Positions 44,360 through 56,470 of a stretch of DNA of 64,000 bases are shown one piece after another. A program made the position numbers and the translations under genes. This DNA is from Methanocaldococcus sp. 28A (lineage in GTDB: Archaea > AGJL01 > Methanococci > Methanococcales > Methanocaldococcaceae). The stretch is from NCBI GenBank assembly GCA_049852185.1, contig CP187540.1. One strand, written 5' to 3'. Within the stretch, counting starts at the first letter, position 1. Each line of letters starts with the position of its first letter. Below the pieces are notes generated by a model. The model saw nothing but the letters and a program-made list of their open reading frames with translations. It was not told where the DNA came from and searched no databases.

Positions 44360-45001
44360 CAGTATCTACGAATATGCATTAGACATACACAACCAAGTAT
44401 TACGCATAACCATGATTGAATAATCGAACTCATTTAATAACTTACATATTTCGACGATGAAGAATTTTAAAGAAATACATTCTTTTTTATTACGAATTTT
44501 AATCTATAAGTTATGAATAACGCATTTAAGCATAAAAAGGAACAACCTAACTTTTAAAGAGATTGATTTCGTTTTTATAACTGCATCTTTAAGCATTCTA
44601 AATCGTGTTTCAATATTCTATCGTTTTTTATACATTTTTATGTAAGATTCTTGATTTTCAAAGTTGATATTAGTTAAAAAGGTATATTATACCTTTTTTC
44701 TTTTGTAGTTTGTAATTATTTCGTCCTCAGCAATAACTAATTTAGGAATAGTATTTTTATCGATAACATAATCGAATTTCCATTTTTCTTCTTTTTTATA
44801 TTCATCCTCAAGATAGTATTTAACTTTATCATTTTTCGGAATAAAGCTTATGTAATTACATCCGTATTTTTCAAAAATTTTTATTATTTCAAAATTTTTA
44901 AACTCTCTAATCGTATGGATTTATTTTTAAATCGTTAATAGCTAAGTGTAAAATCTCTCTTACATGGTTAAACAACGAATCCTCTTAATAGGAATATCGC
45001 A
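44360..45001 (-). mobile_element. Third, truncated and frameshifted copy of the ISH3/IS4-like element
   Basis: Begins CAGTATCTACGAA; reverse complement matches 30430-31072 and 19800-20412. Confidence 0.82.
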
Positions 45002-45158
45002 ACAGTGCCATTAATATGATTAAAATAATAATTAGGTGGAATTATAGTAGGTATACAAAATAAAATAAAATTTAAACTTTTATAAGAACAATTTGAATGC
45101 CTTATTTTAATTAAGATACTTTTACACACAACTATATTTAAACAATGGAAAAAATAAT

Positions 45159-46202
45159 TTAATATATAGGAATTTCTGCCTTACTTAATTTTTCAAATCC
45201 ATTTTTTTTAATTAAATATAAATCTTCTATTCTTACACCAAATTTATTTTTTAAATATAAACCCGGCTCAATAGTTATTACCATACCTTCTTTTAAAATA
45301 ATATTCTCATTATCTTTTAATTTGTTCGATAATCTTGGCTCTTCATGAACTTCTAACCCAACACCATGTCCTAAAGAGTGGATAAACAACTTTTCATAAT
45401 CTCCCAAGAACTCTCTAACTATATTATCAATTTGTTTAGCAGATATTCCTTCTTTTAAATATTTTTCAGCAACTTTTTTTGCTTCATAAACTAAGCTGTA
45501 GATTTTTTTCATCTCTTCATCATCATCTTTTAATAAAAATGTTCTTGTTATGTCTGAACAGTAGCCATCATAAACAGCTCCAATGTCAATTAATAAAATA
45601 TCCTCTATTTTATCTTTTGTAGGTAAAGCATGAGGAAAAGAAGTTTTTTTACCAGAAACAACAATAGAATCAAATGCTGGCTTTATTGAACCATGCTTTT
45701 TCATAATATATTCTATCTCTGCCACCAACTCATATTCATTTAGATTTTTTACATCATATAAATTATTTAAAACCCAATTCATGGCTTTATCACTAATCTC
45801 AGTGGCTTTTTTAATTAATTCTATTTCATTTTTGTCTTTAATCATTCTCATCTCTCTAATTTTGTCGGATATTATTTTATAGTCTTTATCAATATATTTT
45901 AAATAACTAATTGGTAGTTCCTTCTCAACTCCATCACATCCTTTAAATATCTCCTCCCAGCTTTTGAACTCTCTAATTTCTAAAAAGTTAAAAAGTTCTT
46001 CAGCATAATCTTTATCAAGTTTTCCAACATATAGATGAGGTTGTTCTTCAAAAACTAAGATAGAAAAGCTCATAAAATATTTTCCTAAGAAGTAATTTAT
46101 ATTTTCTTTTTTAAATATCACAGCCTTTTTTATACCTTCACTTTCCATATATTTTAAGAATCTCTCAATTCTATTATTCATTACTATCATTATTATCACC
46201 AA
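45159..46202 (-). CDS. Xaa-Pro aminopeptidase (M24 family)
   Basis: DIGA...SDITRT, HSLGHGVG, TIEPG, RIED. Confidence 0.92.
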   Translation of the reverse strand: MVIIMIVMNNRIERFLKYMESEGIKKAVIFKKENINYFLGKYFMSFSILVFEEQPHLYVGKLDKDYAEELFNFLEIREFKSWEEIFKGCDGVEKELPISYLKYIDKDYKIISDKIREMRMIKDKNEIELIKKATEISDKAMNWVLNNLYDVKNLNEYELVAEIEYIMKKHGSIKPAFDSIVVSGKKTSFPHALPTKDKIEDILLIDIGAVYDGYCSDITRTFLLKDDDEEMKKIYSLVYEAKKVAEKYLKEGISAKQIDNIVREFLGDYEKLFIHSLGHGVGLEVHEEPRLSNKLKDNENIILKEGMVITIEPGLYLKNKFGVRIEDLYLIKKNGFEKLSKAEIPIY

Positions 46203-46217
46203 ATAGGGCTGGTTGTT

Positions 46218-46724
46218 ATGATAATTTATAAGGAGATATCAAATCTTAATAAAAAATTTCCTTTGCTGAATGAAGAAAAAATACTTTTAGGAACTGACGG
46301 AAGTGTAACAAATATTTTAGAAATTTTATTTGAAGATGTTTGTAAAGTAGAAACAATAAACCAAAAAATTGTCGATAATGTAAATTATAGAGAGGTTATT
46401 CTTAAAGTTAATAATATTCCATTAGTTTATGCTATTTCAAAAACTCCTTTTAAAAATATAGAAGAGGAAAATCTTAGAGAAGAGATAAAAAAAGATTTAT
46501 TGTCAGCAGATATCCCAATAGGAAAAATTATAAGAAAACACAACTTAGAAACAAGGAGGGAGATTAAATACATAGGCATTGCAGAGCTTGACGATAGATT
46601 AAAATCACTACTAAAAACCAAACACAATAAATTACCAAAAAGAACATATAACATAATATATAAAAATAAATTATTGATGGAAATCACTGAAATATTTGCT
46701 ATCAGAGGAAAATTAGTAGATTAA
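46218..46724 (+). CDS. Chorismate lyase-like (DUF98) protein
   Basis: LLGTDGSVT, PIGKI, ITEIF. Confidence 0.78.
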   Translation: MIIYKEISNLNKKFPLLNEEKILLGTDGSVTNILEILFEDVCKVETINQKIVDNVNYREVILKVNNIPLVYAISKTPFKNIEEENLREEIKKDLLSADIPIGKIIRKHNLETRREIKYIGIAELDDRLKSLLKTKHNKLPKRTYNIIYKNKLLMEITEIFAIRGKLVD

Positions 46725-46810
46725 GAGGAGTTGCTTCCATAAGGATGCAATTCATCAATTTTGATGGAACTTTATTAAAGTTTCTTATGGAGATATTTGC
46801 AGGTGGAACT

Positions 46811-47812
46811 ATGAGAGAGGCTATGTTTTATGAAAAGTTGCCAGATAATAAAGTTAGATGCAACTTATGTCCAAGACATTGTATAATTAAAAATGGGGAG
46901 AGAGGCTTCTGCTGGAATAAACAAAATATAAATGGAACTTTATATGCTGTAGGTTATGGAAAAGTTTGCTCATTAGCAATAGACCCAATAGAAAAAAAGC
47001 CATTATTTCATTTCTATCCAACAACTCAAGTGGTTTCTTTAGCTATTGGTGGCTGTAATTTTAGATGCTTACACTGTCAAAATTGGACAATCTCCCAATT
47101 TCCACCAGATGAAATTCCTTATAGAGAGATGACACCAGAAGAAATAGTTGAGATTGCTATAAAATACAACTGCCCAGGAATATCTTACACATACACTGAA
47201 CCAACAGTATATTATGAATTTATGTATGACACTTCAGTTGTAGCAAGAGAGAATGGGCTATTTAATGTTATGATTACCAATGGTTATATTGAAAAAGAAC
47301 CATTAAAAGCCCTTCCTGTAGATGCGATGAACATAGATATTAAAGGAAATGCTGATTTTTATAAAAAAGTATGTAAAGCAACTTTAGAGCCAGTATTAGA
47401 AACCTGCAAATTAGCAAAAAAATTAGGAATACATGTAGAGATTACAAATTTAATAGTTCCAGGTTATAATGACAATATAGATGATTTGTTATTTATAATA
47501 CACTTTGTAAGGGATGAGTTGGGAAAAGAAACTCCATTACATTTTTCAAGATTTCATCCTGATTATAAATTAACTGACGTTCCTCCAACACCAATAAAAA
47601 CCTTAGAAATAGCAAGAAATTTAGCTATTGAGGAGGGGCTTAAATATGTTTATATTGGAAATGTTCCTGGGCATGAGGGAGAAAACACCTATTGCCCAAA
47701 CTGTGGAGCTTTGTTAATAGAAAGGTATATATTCAACGCTAAGATAATTAATTTAGATGTAGAAACAAAAAGATGTCTAATTTGTGGGGAAAAAATTGAT
47801 ATAATTATTTAA
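46811..47812 (+). CDS. AmmeMemoRadiSam-system radical SAM enzyme
   Basis: DPIEKKPLFHF, CNFRCLHC, LHFSRFHP; next to AMMECR1; start set after AGGTGG RBS. Confidence 0.88.
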   Translation: MREAMFYEKLPDNKVRCNLCPRHCIIKNGERGFCWNKQNINGTLYAVGYGKVCSLAIDPIEKKPLFHFYPTTQVVSLAIGGCNFRCLHCQNWTISQFPPDEIPYREMTPEEIVEIAIKYNCPGISYTYTEPTVYYEFMYDTSVVARENGLFNVMITNGYIEKEPLKALPVDAMNIDIKGNADFYKKVCKATLEPVLETCKLAKKLGIHVEITNLIVPGYNDNIDDLLFIIHFVRDELGKETPLHFSRFHPDYKLTDVPPTPIKTLEIARNLAIEEGLKYVYIGNVPGHEGENTYCPNCGALLIERYIFNAKIINLDVETKRCLICGEKIDIII

Positions 47813-47844
47813 ATTTATATTTGATTATTTAATTTAAGAATTTA

Positions 47845-47902
47845 GCGCGATGATGAGTGCCGACTTCCCTGAACTGTGATGACACCTGGGACAACTGAGC
47901 GT
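47845..47902 (+). ncRNA. C/D box sRNA
   Basis: Box C ATGATGA 47850, D' CTGA 47869, C' GTGATGA, D CTGA 47895; two 12-nt guides; short GC terminal stem. Confidence 0.9.
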
Positions 47903-47944
47903 TACTATTTTTATTAATTAAATTAGAACATATTAGGTGGAATT

Positions 47945-48550
47945 ATGAGATTACTAACCTTAGAAGAGGGAAAATTTGCAGTAAAATTTGCAAGGGTAGT
48001 AATAGAAAACTATTTAGCAGGCAATAATATAATTATAAAGAATTACCCTCCCATATTTAATGAAAAAAGAGGATGTTTTTGCACTCTCCACACATATCCA
48101 GATAAAGAACTTAGGGGATGTATTGGAATTCCAGAGCCAATAATGCCTTTAATTGAAGCTTTAAAAGAAGCAGCAATAAGTGCAGCTACAAAAGACCCAA
48201 GATTTATTCCAGTAACCTTAGAAGAGATGGATAACATTGTGGTTGAAGTTAGTATCTTAACTCCTCCAGAACTTATTAAAGTTAGAAATCCAAGAGAGTA
48301 TTTAGAGAAAATAAAAATTGGCAGAGATGGATTAATTATAGAGTATGGATTACATAGAGGGTTGTTATTGCCTCAAGTACCTGTTGAGTATGGATGGGAT
48401 GTTGAAGAATATTTAGCTAATTTATGTCTAAAAGCAGGGCTACCACCTGATATGTGGTTAGCTGAAGGAGTTAAAATTTATAGATTTGAGGCACAAATAT
48501 TTGAAGAAATTGAGCCAAGAGGAGAAATTGTTGAGAAAAAACTAATATAA
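47945..48550 (+). CDS. AMMECR1-family protein
   Basis: LRGCIG, DPRF, GLLLPQV, LCLKAG. Confidence 0.92.
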   Translation: MRLLTLEEGKFAVKFARVVIENYLAGNNIIIKNYPPIFNEKRGCFCTLHTYPDKELRGCIGIPEPIMPLIEALKEAAISAATKDPRFIPVTLEEMDNIVVEVSILTPPELIKVRNPREYLEKIKIGRDGLIIEYGLHRGLLLPQVPVEYGWDVEEYLANLCLKAGLPPDMWLAEGVKIYRFEAQIFEEIEPRGEIVEKKLI

Positions 48551-48567
48551 TTCTGATAGTTTGGTAA

Positions 48568-49887
48568 TTAAGATACTGCTTTATATATTTTTCTTGCTTC
48601 TTCATCCACTAAATCATAAACTTTTATAACTTCATCAGAAATTATTTTCAAAGTTTCTGTTGGAAAGGTTTCCACAAACACAGAGATTAATTTAACATTA
48701 TGTTCATTTTTAAATTTGTCAAATTCTTTTAAAAAGGCATCATTCACTTCAGCATAGCCATCAGTTATCAACAGGATATCTGCATTTTTGAAGGTTTCGT
48801 TTTCGTTTATTATTTTTATTGCTCTATTTAACGGCTCTATGAAATTTGTTCCCCCACCAAAATATAAGGAAGCTATTTCAATTATTTCATCTATAGTTAT
48901 ATTCTTAGGATTTATCTTTTTTTCAAATCTAACTCCATCATCAAAGGCAATGTAATATATATCCCTATTTTCTCTCTTAGCAATCTCTATTAAAGATAAA
49001 GTAACAGCCTTTCCCCAAATTTCCCTTTCTCCATACATTGAACCACTGTGGTCTAATAAAACTACAATCGGCCCTTTTTGCTTTTCTAATTTATTTTGAA
49101 TATCATAAATTAAGAGTTTTTTATCAGCAAATCTTCTTAAAAAGTCATAATACAAAATCTCATCAGAAAAATTAGCAATCTCTTTTGGTAGTAGATGCTT
49201 TAAATCTCTCCCAATTTTTGTAGAATAAATTTCTCCAGAGTAATGTTTAATCTTTGATTTGTATTCATTTATAGCCAATAATCTTAATTTACCAAGTTTT
49301 TTCACAATCTCTCTAATTTTTTTATTCTGTAGAATTTTATCTGCCAAATTTATTCTTTCATCAGGAGATAACAGCTTTTTATGCCCTTCTCCTCTACCAA
49401 AATTCTCAACGGCATTAAATCCTTGCATAATTTCAGAAACTTCTTCTGATATGTCTTTCATAGTTTCTTTGGCAGTTTCTTTTAATTTATCTTCCAATCC
49501 ATCTCCTTTTCCTTCAGATATAAATTTTTTTATTTCTTTATTTAGCTTTTTAAGTTTTAAATTTTCAAAAAATTTTTCACAAAACATTATTGTGGCTGTT
49601 CCAGCATTTACTTCATCCAATTCAGTTAAAAGTTTACTTTTTTCATACTCAATATTTTTTATAGCACCTTCTAATATTGCCTTATTTATCTTAAATTTTT
49701 CTTCAACATGCTCATTAAATTCAACGACATATTTAAAGAAGGCATAAAAGGTATCTTCAGCCAATTTTTCATGGATTGGATGGAATTGAGAATAATAGCT
49801 AAGGAGTTTTTGTAGATATTTGCTATTCTTTAAAAATCTTTCAAATGCCTTTTTATCATAAGTATCATGCTTTATAACATTTTTCAT
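48568..49887 (-). CDS. vWA-domain protein (ViaA-like)
   Basis: DHSGSM, GGTNF, ITDG MIDAS motif. Confidence 0.88.
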   Translation of the reverse strand: MKNVIKHDTYDKKAFERFLKNSKYLQKLLSYYSQFHPIHEKLAEDTFYAFFKYVVEFNEHVEEKFKINKAILEGAIKNIEYEKSKLLTELDEVNAGTATIMFCEKFFENLKLKKLNKEIKKFISEGKGDGLEDKLKETAKETMKDISEEVSEIMQGFNAVENFGRGEGHKKLLSPDERINLADKILQNKKIREIVKKLGKLRLLAINEYKSKIKHYSGEIYSTKIGRDLKHLLPKEIANFSDEILYYDFLRRFADKKLLIYDIQNKLEKQKGPIVVLLDHSGSMYGEREIWGKAVTLSLIEIAKRENRDIYYIAFDDGVRFEKKINPKNITIDEIIEIASLYFGGGTNFIEPLNRAIKIINENETFKNADILLITDGYAEVNDAFLKEFDKFKNEHNVKLISVFVETFPTETLKIISDEVIKVYDLVDEEARKIYKAVS

Positions 49888-49914
49888 AAGCTATCACTTA
49901 ATTATTTATATTAT

Positions 49915-51045
49915 TTATTTTTTTAATAATTCTTCAACATATTTTTTGAATCCTTCAACTTCCTTCAAAACATCTTCAACAAGCTCATAAGGTTTATTAG
50001 CTTCAATTGCTTTATTTTTTACATCTTTTAAGGTTATAGACATGCTATTTAGCTTCCCTAAAATTTCAAGGCATTTTCTATACTCTATTCCTCCTAACTG
50101 TATTCTATCTTTATTAATTTTCTTTATTTCATTCATTAAGCTGTCTAAAATTTCTCTCTGCTCCAAAGCAAAGCCAGCAAAGTGATTGGACAATTTAAAA
50201 ATTTCAACTGAAACTTTAAAGAATTCATCTGGCTCATTCCAATATATATGCCTTAAAATGTCTAAATCATTCTCATCTGCTTTTTCTTTTTCGTTTAGGT
50301 AGGAGAAGCATTTAACTGCTTTAACAGACTTTTTAAACCTTCTATCAGAGATTTTTATTCCTTCACTCTCCAATGATAATTTTATTTTAATCAAATCTTC
50401 TTTTATATTTGAGATATCAACTTTTAAAGCTTCTTTTTGCATTTCTTTAATATCTTCAACATCAATAACAGTTTTTGGCTTATATTCATCTTCTAAATCA
50501 ATCAGCTTTGATAGGTTTTCGTAGCTTCTAATTCCCTTAACAACTTTTCTAAACAAAAATCTATCATAAAAAGCTAAGAGCTCATTTTCTTCAGGGAGTT
50601 CATTTGAAGCTCCGAAGAGGCTAATTAGGGGCACTTTCTCTATCCTATCCCCATTGTGATAAATCCTCTCATTAATTATTGAAAGTAGAGCGTTTAATAT
50701 GGAGCTATTAGCTTTAAAAACCTCATCTAAGAATGCTATCTCTGCTGTTGGCAAATAACCAGAAGTTTTTCTGACAAACCTATCGTTGTCTTTTAACTCT
50801 TTAATACTTAAAGGTCCAAATAACTCATCTTCGGTTGTAAACCTTGTTATAAGTTTTTCGAAATAATTGGCATTAATATGTGAGGCTATAGCCCTAATTA
50901 ATTGTGATTTAGCAACTCCTGGATTTCCTAAAAAGACTGTATGTTCATTAGCCAAAATTGAAGTTAATGCAATATCTATTTCTTCCCTCCTCTCTAAAAA
51001 ATAAAAGTTCAACTCTTTTCTTATTTTTTCAAGCATATTTTCCAC
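49915..51045 (-). CDS. MoxR AAA+ ATPase (RavA-like)
   Basis: GNPGVAKS, FLDEVFKA, ASNELP, YDRF. Confidence 0.88.
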   Translation of the reverse strand: MENMLEKIRKELNFYFLERREEIDIALTSILANEHTVFLGNPGVAKSQLIRAIASHINANYFEKLITRFTTEDELFGPLSIKELKDNDRFVRKTSGYLPTAEIAFLDEVFKANSSILNALLSIINERIYHNGDRIEKVPLISLFGASNELPEENELLAFYDRFLFRKVVKGIRSYENLSKLIDLEDEYKPKTVIDVEDIKEMQKEALKVDISNIKEDLIKIKLSLESEGIKISDRRFKKSVKAVKCFSYLNEKEKADENDLDILRHIYWNEPDEFFKVSVEIFKLSNHFAGFALEQREILDSLMNEIKKINKDRIQLGGIEYRKCLEILGKLNSMSITLKDVKNKAIEANKPYELVEDVLKEVEGFKKYVEELLKK

Positions 51046-51813
51046 CTAAATTTTGTATTTATTTAAATAACCTCTTGGAGTTATCATCTTGTCATTTATA
51101 ATCTTTGTTGAAGAATTTCCAATGATTAATATTGTATTCATATCTATAAACTCTAAGTATTTTTCTAAGTTATTATAAAGCTCCTTAAAGTTTGTAATTA
51201 AAACTTCTTCTTTTTCTCTCCCAGCATTTTTAACTATTCCAATAATATAATCTCTATCTTTTTCTTTTGTAAAATTGTTTAATATTTCCATAGCTTTTAA
51301 AAATGGCTCTTTTCTCTTTTTACTTAATGGATTGTATATACAGATAACAAAATCTCCTTCTAACGCAAATCTAAATCTTTTTAATATTAAATCTAAAGGA
51401 GTTAATAAATCACTAAAGCTTATGACAACAAAGTCATGATTTAATGGACTTCCTAAGATTGCAGAAGCTAATGAAGCAGCTGTTATACCTGGAATAACTT
51501 TTATATCTACATTGTATCCTTTAGCTTCGTTTATCTCATAAGCTAAAGAAGCTAAGCCATAAATTGTTGCATCACCACTTGAGACTAAAGCAACATCTTT
51601 ATCTTTTGCCTCTTTTAAAGCATAATCAACTCTATCAATCTCTTTTGTCATACCTGTTGTATATATTGGTTTATTAAACCTCTCAACAAACTTTTTGTAG
51701 TTTTTATAACATACAATTAAATCTACGTTATTTAATATCTCCTCTGCCTCTTTTGTAAAATGCCTTTCACTGCCACTACCTATACCTACAACAAATAGCA
51801 TATTTTCAACCAT
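51046..51813 (-). CDS. cbiH: Cobalt-precorrin-3B C17-methyltransferase
   Basis: VSSGDA, PGITA, SDLLTP, TPRGY. Confidence 0.9.
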   Translation of the reverse strand: MVENMLFVVGIGSGSERHFTKEAEEILNNVDLIVCYKNYKKFVERFNKPIYTTGMTKEIDRVDYALKEAKDKDVALVSSGDATIYGLASLAYEINEAKGYNVDIKVIPGITAASLASAILGSPLNHDFVVISFSDLLTPLDLILKRFRFALEGDFVICIYNPLSKKRKEPFLKAMEILNNFTKEKDRDYIIGIVKNAGREKEEVLITNFKELYNNLEKYLEFIDMNTILIIGNSSTKIINDKMITPRGYLNKYKI

Positions 51814-51828
51814 TAAAAAATAATTTAA

Positions 51829-53727
<1,899 letters not shown>

Positions 53728-53731
<4 letters not shown>

Positions 53732-54621
53732 TTTATCACCGTCAATATCTCTTCAGAAGCATCTGTTGGCTCTTTAAATCCTATATATACCTCTTTAACA
53801 ATTTTTTTTATAAATTTCTCTTTATTTTTCTCAATTTTGGAGCTTTGAATACATAAAGGGCAGTAATTTAAATAATTTTCATCCTTTTTAATTTTTATTG
53901 GAAAGAGTTCAAAAAAGTTTATAATTATTGCATTCTTATATTTAAAAACTTCACAATTTAAACAGCTTGTAAATATATAGCCTTCTAAATCTTCTATAAT
54001 TTTATCCTTTAAAAATCCGCAAGGAAATGAATTTATAAGATTTTTTATTTCATCTTTTGTTAAGTTTAATTTTAAAAATTCATGCTCTATATTCTTTTTA
54101 TTTAAAAAATCTGAAATCTTTTCTTTTGTTTTTTGTGGAACTAACGCTGGAAAGTCATAAGTTATTGCTTTGATGTTAAAAATGTTTGATAAGATATCTA
54201 AGGAATATAAATCATATTGACAATGGATTAAACAAATAACATCTTTTTTCTCTTTAGGAATTTCTTTGTATAAAAAATAGTTACAGATATCTTGAAAAAT
54301 GCTATCTTCAAATAGAGATTTAATTGCTTTTATTCTCTCCTCAAATAAAACTTTGTCAGTATAATCTTCAACTCTTATAATTTCAAATCTATCTTTCATC
54401 TCTTCCCTTAATTTTCCAACTACCCAACCTCCAGGCCCTATAATTGTAGATTTATCAGTTCTGTTTTTTGTGTAAATGGTTAATATCTTTTCATTAACTT
54501 CAATATCTACTATATCAAATAATGCTTTATTTAACTCCAAACTTTCTCTAATTCTTTTAACTTTATTTTTAATTTCATTAATTAGCTGTATTTTTGACTG
54601 CAATGATTGTTTGCCCTGCAT
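53728..54621 (-). CDS. Conserved methanogen protein with KH-like motif
   Basis: [16 protein letters not shown]. Confidence 0.7.
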
Positions 54622-55204
54622 ATACCTTCTCTCCTACTTTAACTGTTATATTGTAATTAGATGGGATTATAACTGCTGTTTGTGAGCCTAATTTTATTTT
54701 TCCAATTCTCTGTCCTATTTCAACATAATCTCCTTCGTTTATACTTAACCAGCATCTTCTTGCAACAAAACCAGCTATTTGAACTACACCTATATAATCA
54801 GAACCATTTTTTATTATAACAATATTTCTCTCATTTATTTTTTCAACTCCATCTAAAAATGCTGGATAAAAGCTCCCATCAATATGCTTTATATAAACTA
54901 CTTTTCCACTTATAGGTGCTCTATTAACATGCACATCAAATGGAGACATGAAAATGCCAATAACATAACAACCATTTGGGAAGTATTTTGAAACATTTAG
55001 AACATAGCAATTTCCATCTTTAAAAACTTCTGCTTCTCCGTTTTTGTAGAATTTTATATACTCTACTGTTCCATCGGCTGGGGATATTATAATGTTATTT
55101 CCTTTTGTTATCTCCCTATCTGGGTCTCTATAAAAATAAACTGTAAATAACAGTAATGAACAAACAGCTATAGCGAAAAATTTTTTATATTTCCCCATAA
55201 TCAT
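54578..55204 (-). CDS. Archaetidylserine/phosphatidylserine decarboxylase proenzyme
   Basis: [21 protein letters not shown] cleavage site. Confidence 0.9.
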   Translation of the reverse strand: MIMGKYKKFFAIAVCSLLLFTVYFYRDPDREITKGNNIIISPADGTVEYIKFYKNGEAEVFKDGNCYVLNVSKYFPNGCYVIGIFMSPFDVHVNRAPISGKVVYIKHIDGSFYPAFLDGVEKINERNIVIIKNGSDYIGVVQIAGFVARRCWLSINEGDYVEIGQRIGKIKLGSQTAVIIPSNYNITVKVGEKVYAGQTIIAVKNTAN

Positions 55205-55860
55205 TCACCATATTCATTGCACCATTTGCATTTTTCATAACCGAGAGCTTTTGCATCTTCCTCAGAATAAAAGTATATTATATTTTCTTCTTTTAATCTT
55301 TTTCCATAGGGGCAGTTTTTTGATGTGTGATATTTTTTACCATATATTGATGCGTATATATTAGTTGGTGTTGGAGATAAATAGATATCTCTCTCAAAAT
55401 TTTTCTTTTCTATTAGTTTAAAATTATTAATATCATTTAAAATTATCTCATATTTCCCTTGATAAATTGAGATTTTTCCTTTAACTTCAACATAGTCCCC
55501 TTCTTTAATCATTGGATTATAGCTTAATATATAGTTTAAAAGCTCTTCCCTTGTTTTTCCAAAAGCAACAACATCTAAATTTCCAGTACCATCGTTTATA
55601 ACAATTCTTGAAATGTTAATGGGATGCCTATATTTATCTCTCTTTAGGTTCATCTCTTGAATATATCCTTTTATAACAACATAGTCTCCTTCTTTTATCT
55701 CAGCTATATGTTTTTCTTTTGGTTGTATGGGATTTAAAAATATCCACGTAGTAGAGATAATTATAAAACAAGTTAAAGAAAACAGTATGATATTTTTCTC
55801 ATTTAATTTCATTTTAAACACCATAATTATCCTTATAAAATCCTTTTTATAGCGTTCCAA
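55201..55860 (-). CDS. Membrane-anchored OB-fold protein with C-terminal Zn-binding motif
   Basis: TM helix, INDGTG, KYH...C...CKWC. Confidence 0.75.
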   Translation of the reverse strand: MERYKKDFIRIIMVFKMKLNEKNIILFSLTCFIIISTTWIFLNPIQPKEKHIAEIKEGDYVVIKGYIQEMNLKRDKYRHPINISRIVINDGTGNLDVVAFGKTREELLNYILSYNPMIKEGDYVEVKGKISIYQGKYEIILNDINNFKLIEKKNFERDIYLSPTPTNIYASIYGKKYHTSKNCPYGKRLKEENIIYFYSEEDAKALGYEKCKWCNEYGE

Positions 55861-56244
55861 ACTAAATAACTCTGTGGCTTTAAAAAGCTTTAAATTGGAT
55901 TTAAGAATAATATATTCTTTTTAATTAAAAACTCTTTATTATATTCGTCAATTTTATACTCATTAACAATATATTCTTTTTTAAATAAAGAAAGTGCATT
56001 TGTAACTTTATTATATTTGTATTTTCTATTTTATTATTCTTCATCTTATCGATTACGCTATAAATGTCTGAAGGTTTCCACCAACATAGTAATATATTTC
56101 CACTTTCTTTTCATTGGATAGCACCTTATTTAAAATATTTTTTGCTAAGAAATCCATAAACTTTAGGGGGTTCTCCCAACGTAGTCATTTATAGACAAAG
56201 ATAGACATTTAGGAAATTTTAATTAGATATTTTCCATTATAATT

Positions 56245-56470
56245 GACTTTATAGACCATCAGAGGGAAATCTGCGATTTGAACAAAATCCGAAGGATTTT
56301 ATAGCTCGAACCTTCGGTTCGATTCCCTTACTGGAAGCTTCGCTTCCACGTTGGGATTGGGCGTCATCAGTTTCCTAATGGAAACCTCTGCCTCTGTCGT
56401 GGACATAAAAACCTTACGGTTTTTAAGTTCTCGTCGCTTCGTTCCGAGATAGCCCCAAAGCCACCCATAA
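56245..56470 (-). ncRNA. Putative TnpB omega-RNA / right-end region
   Basis: GC-richer hairpin array overlapping the tnpB 3' end (CGAACCTTCGGTTCG, AAATCCGAAGGATTT, AAAAACCTTACGGTTTTT); boundaries uncertain. Confidence 0.55.

Noticed and set aside
48568-51045. MoxR/vWA pair as a novel defence system
   Set aside because: Standard RavA/ViaA-like pair embedded in a housekeeping operon with no mobility signs
55860-56190. Possible decayed gene on the minus strand
   Set aside because: Coding-like composition but multiple stops and no recognisable motif
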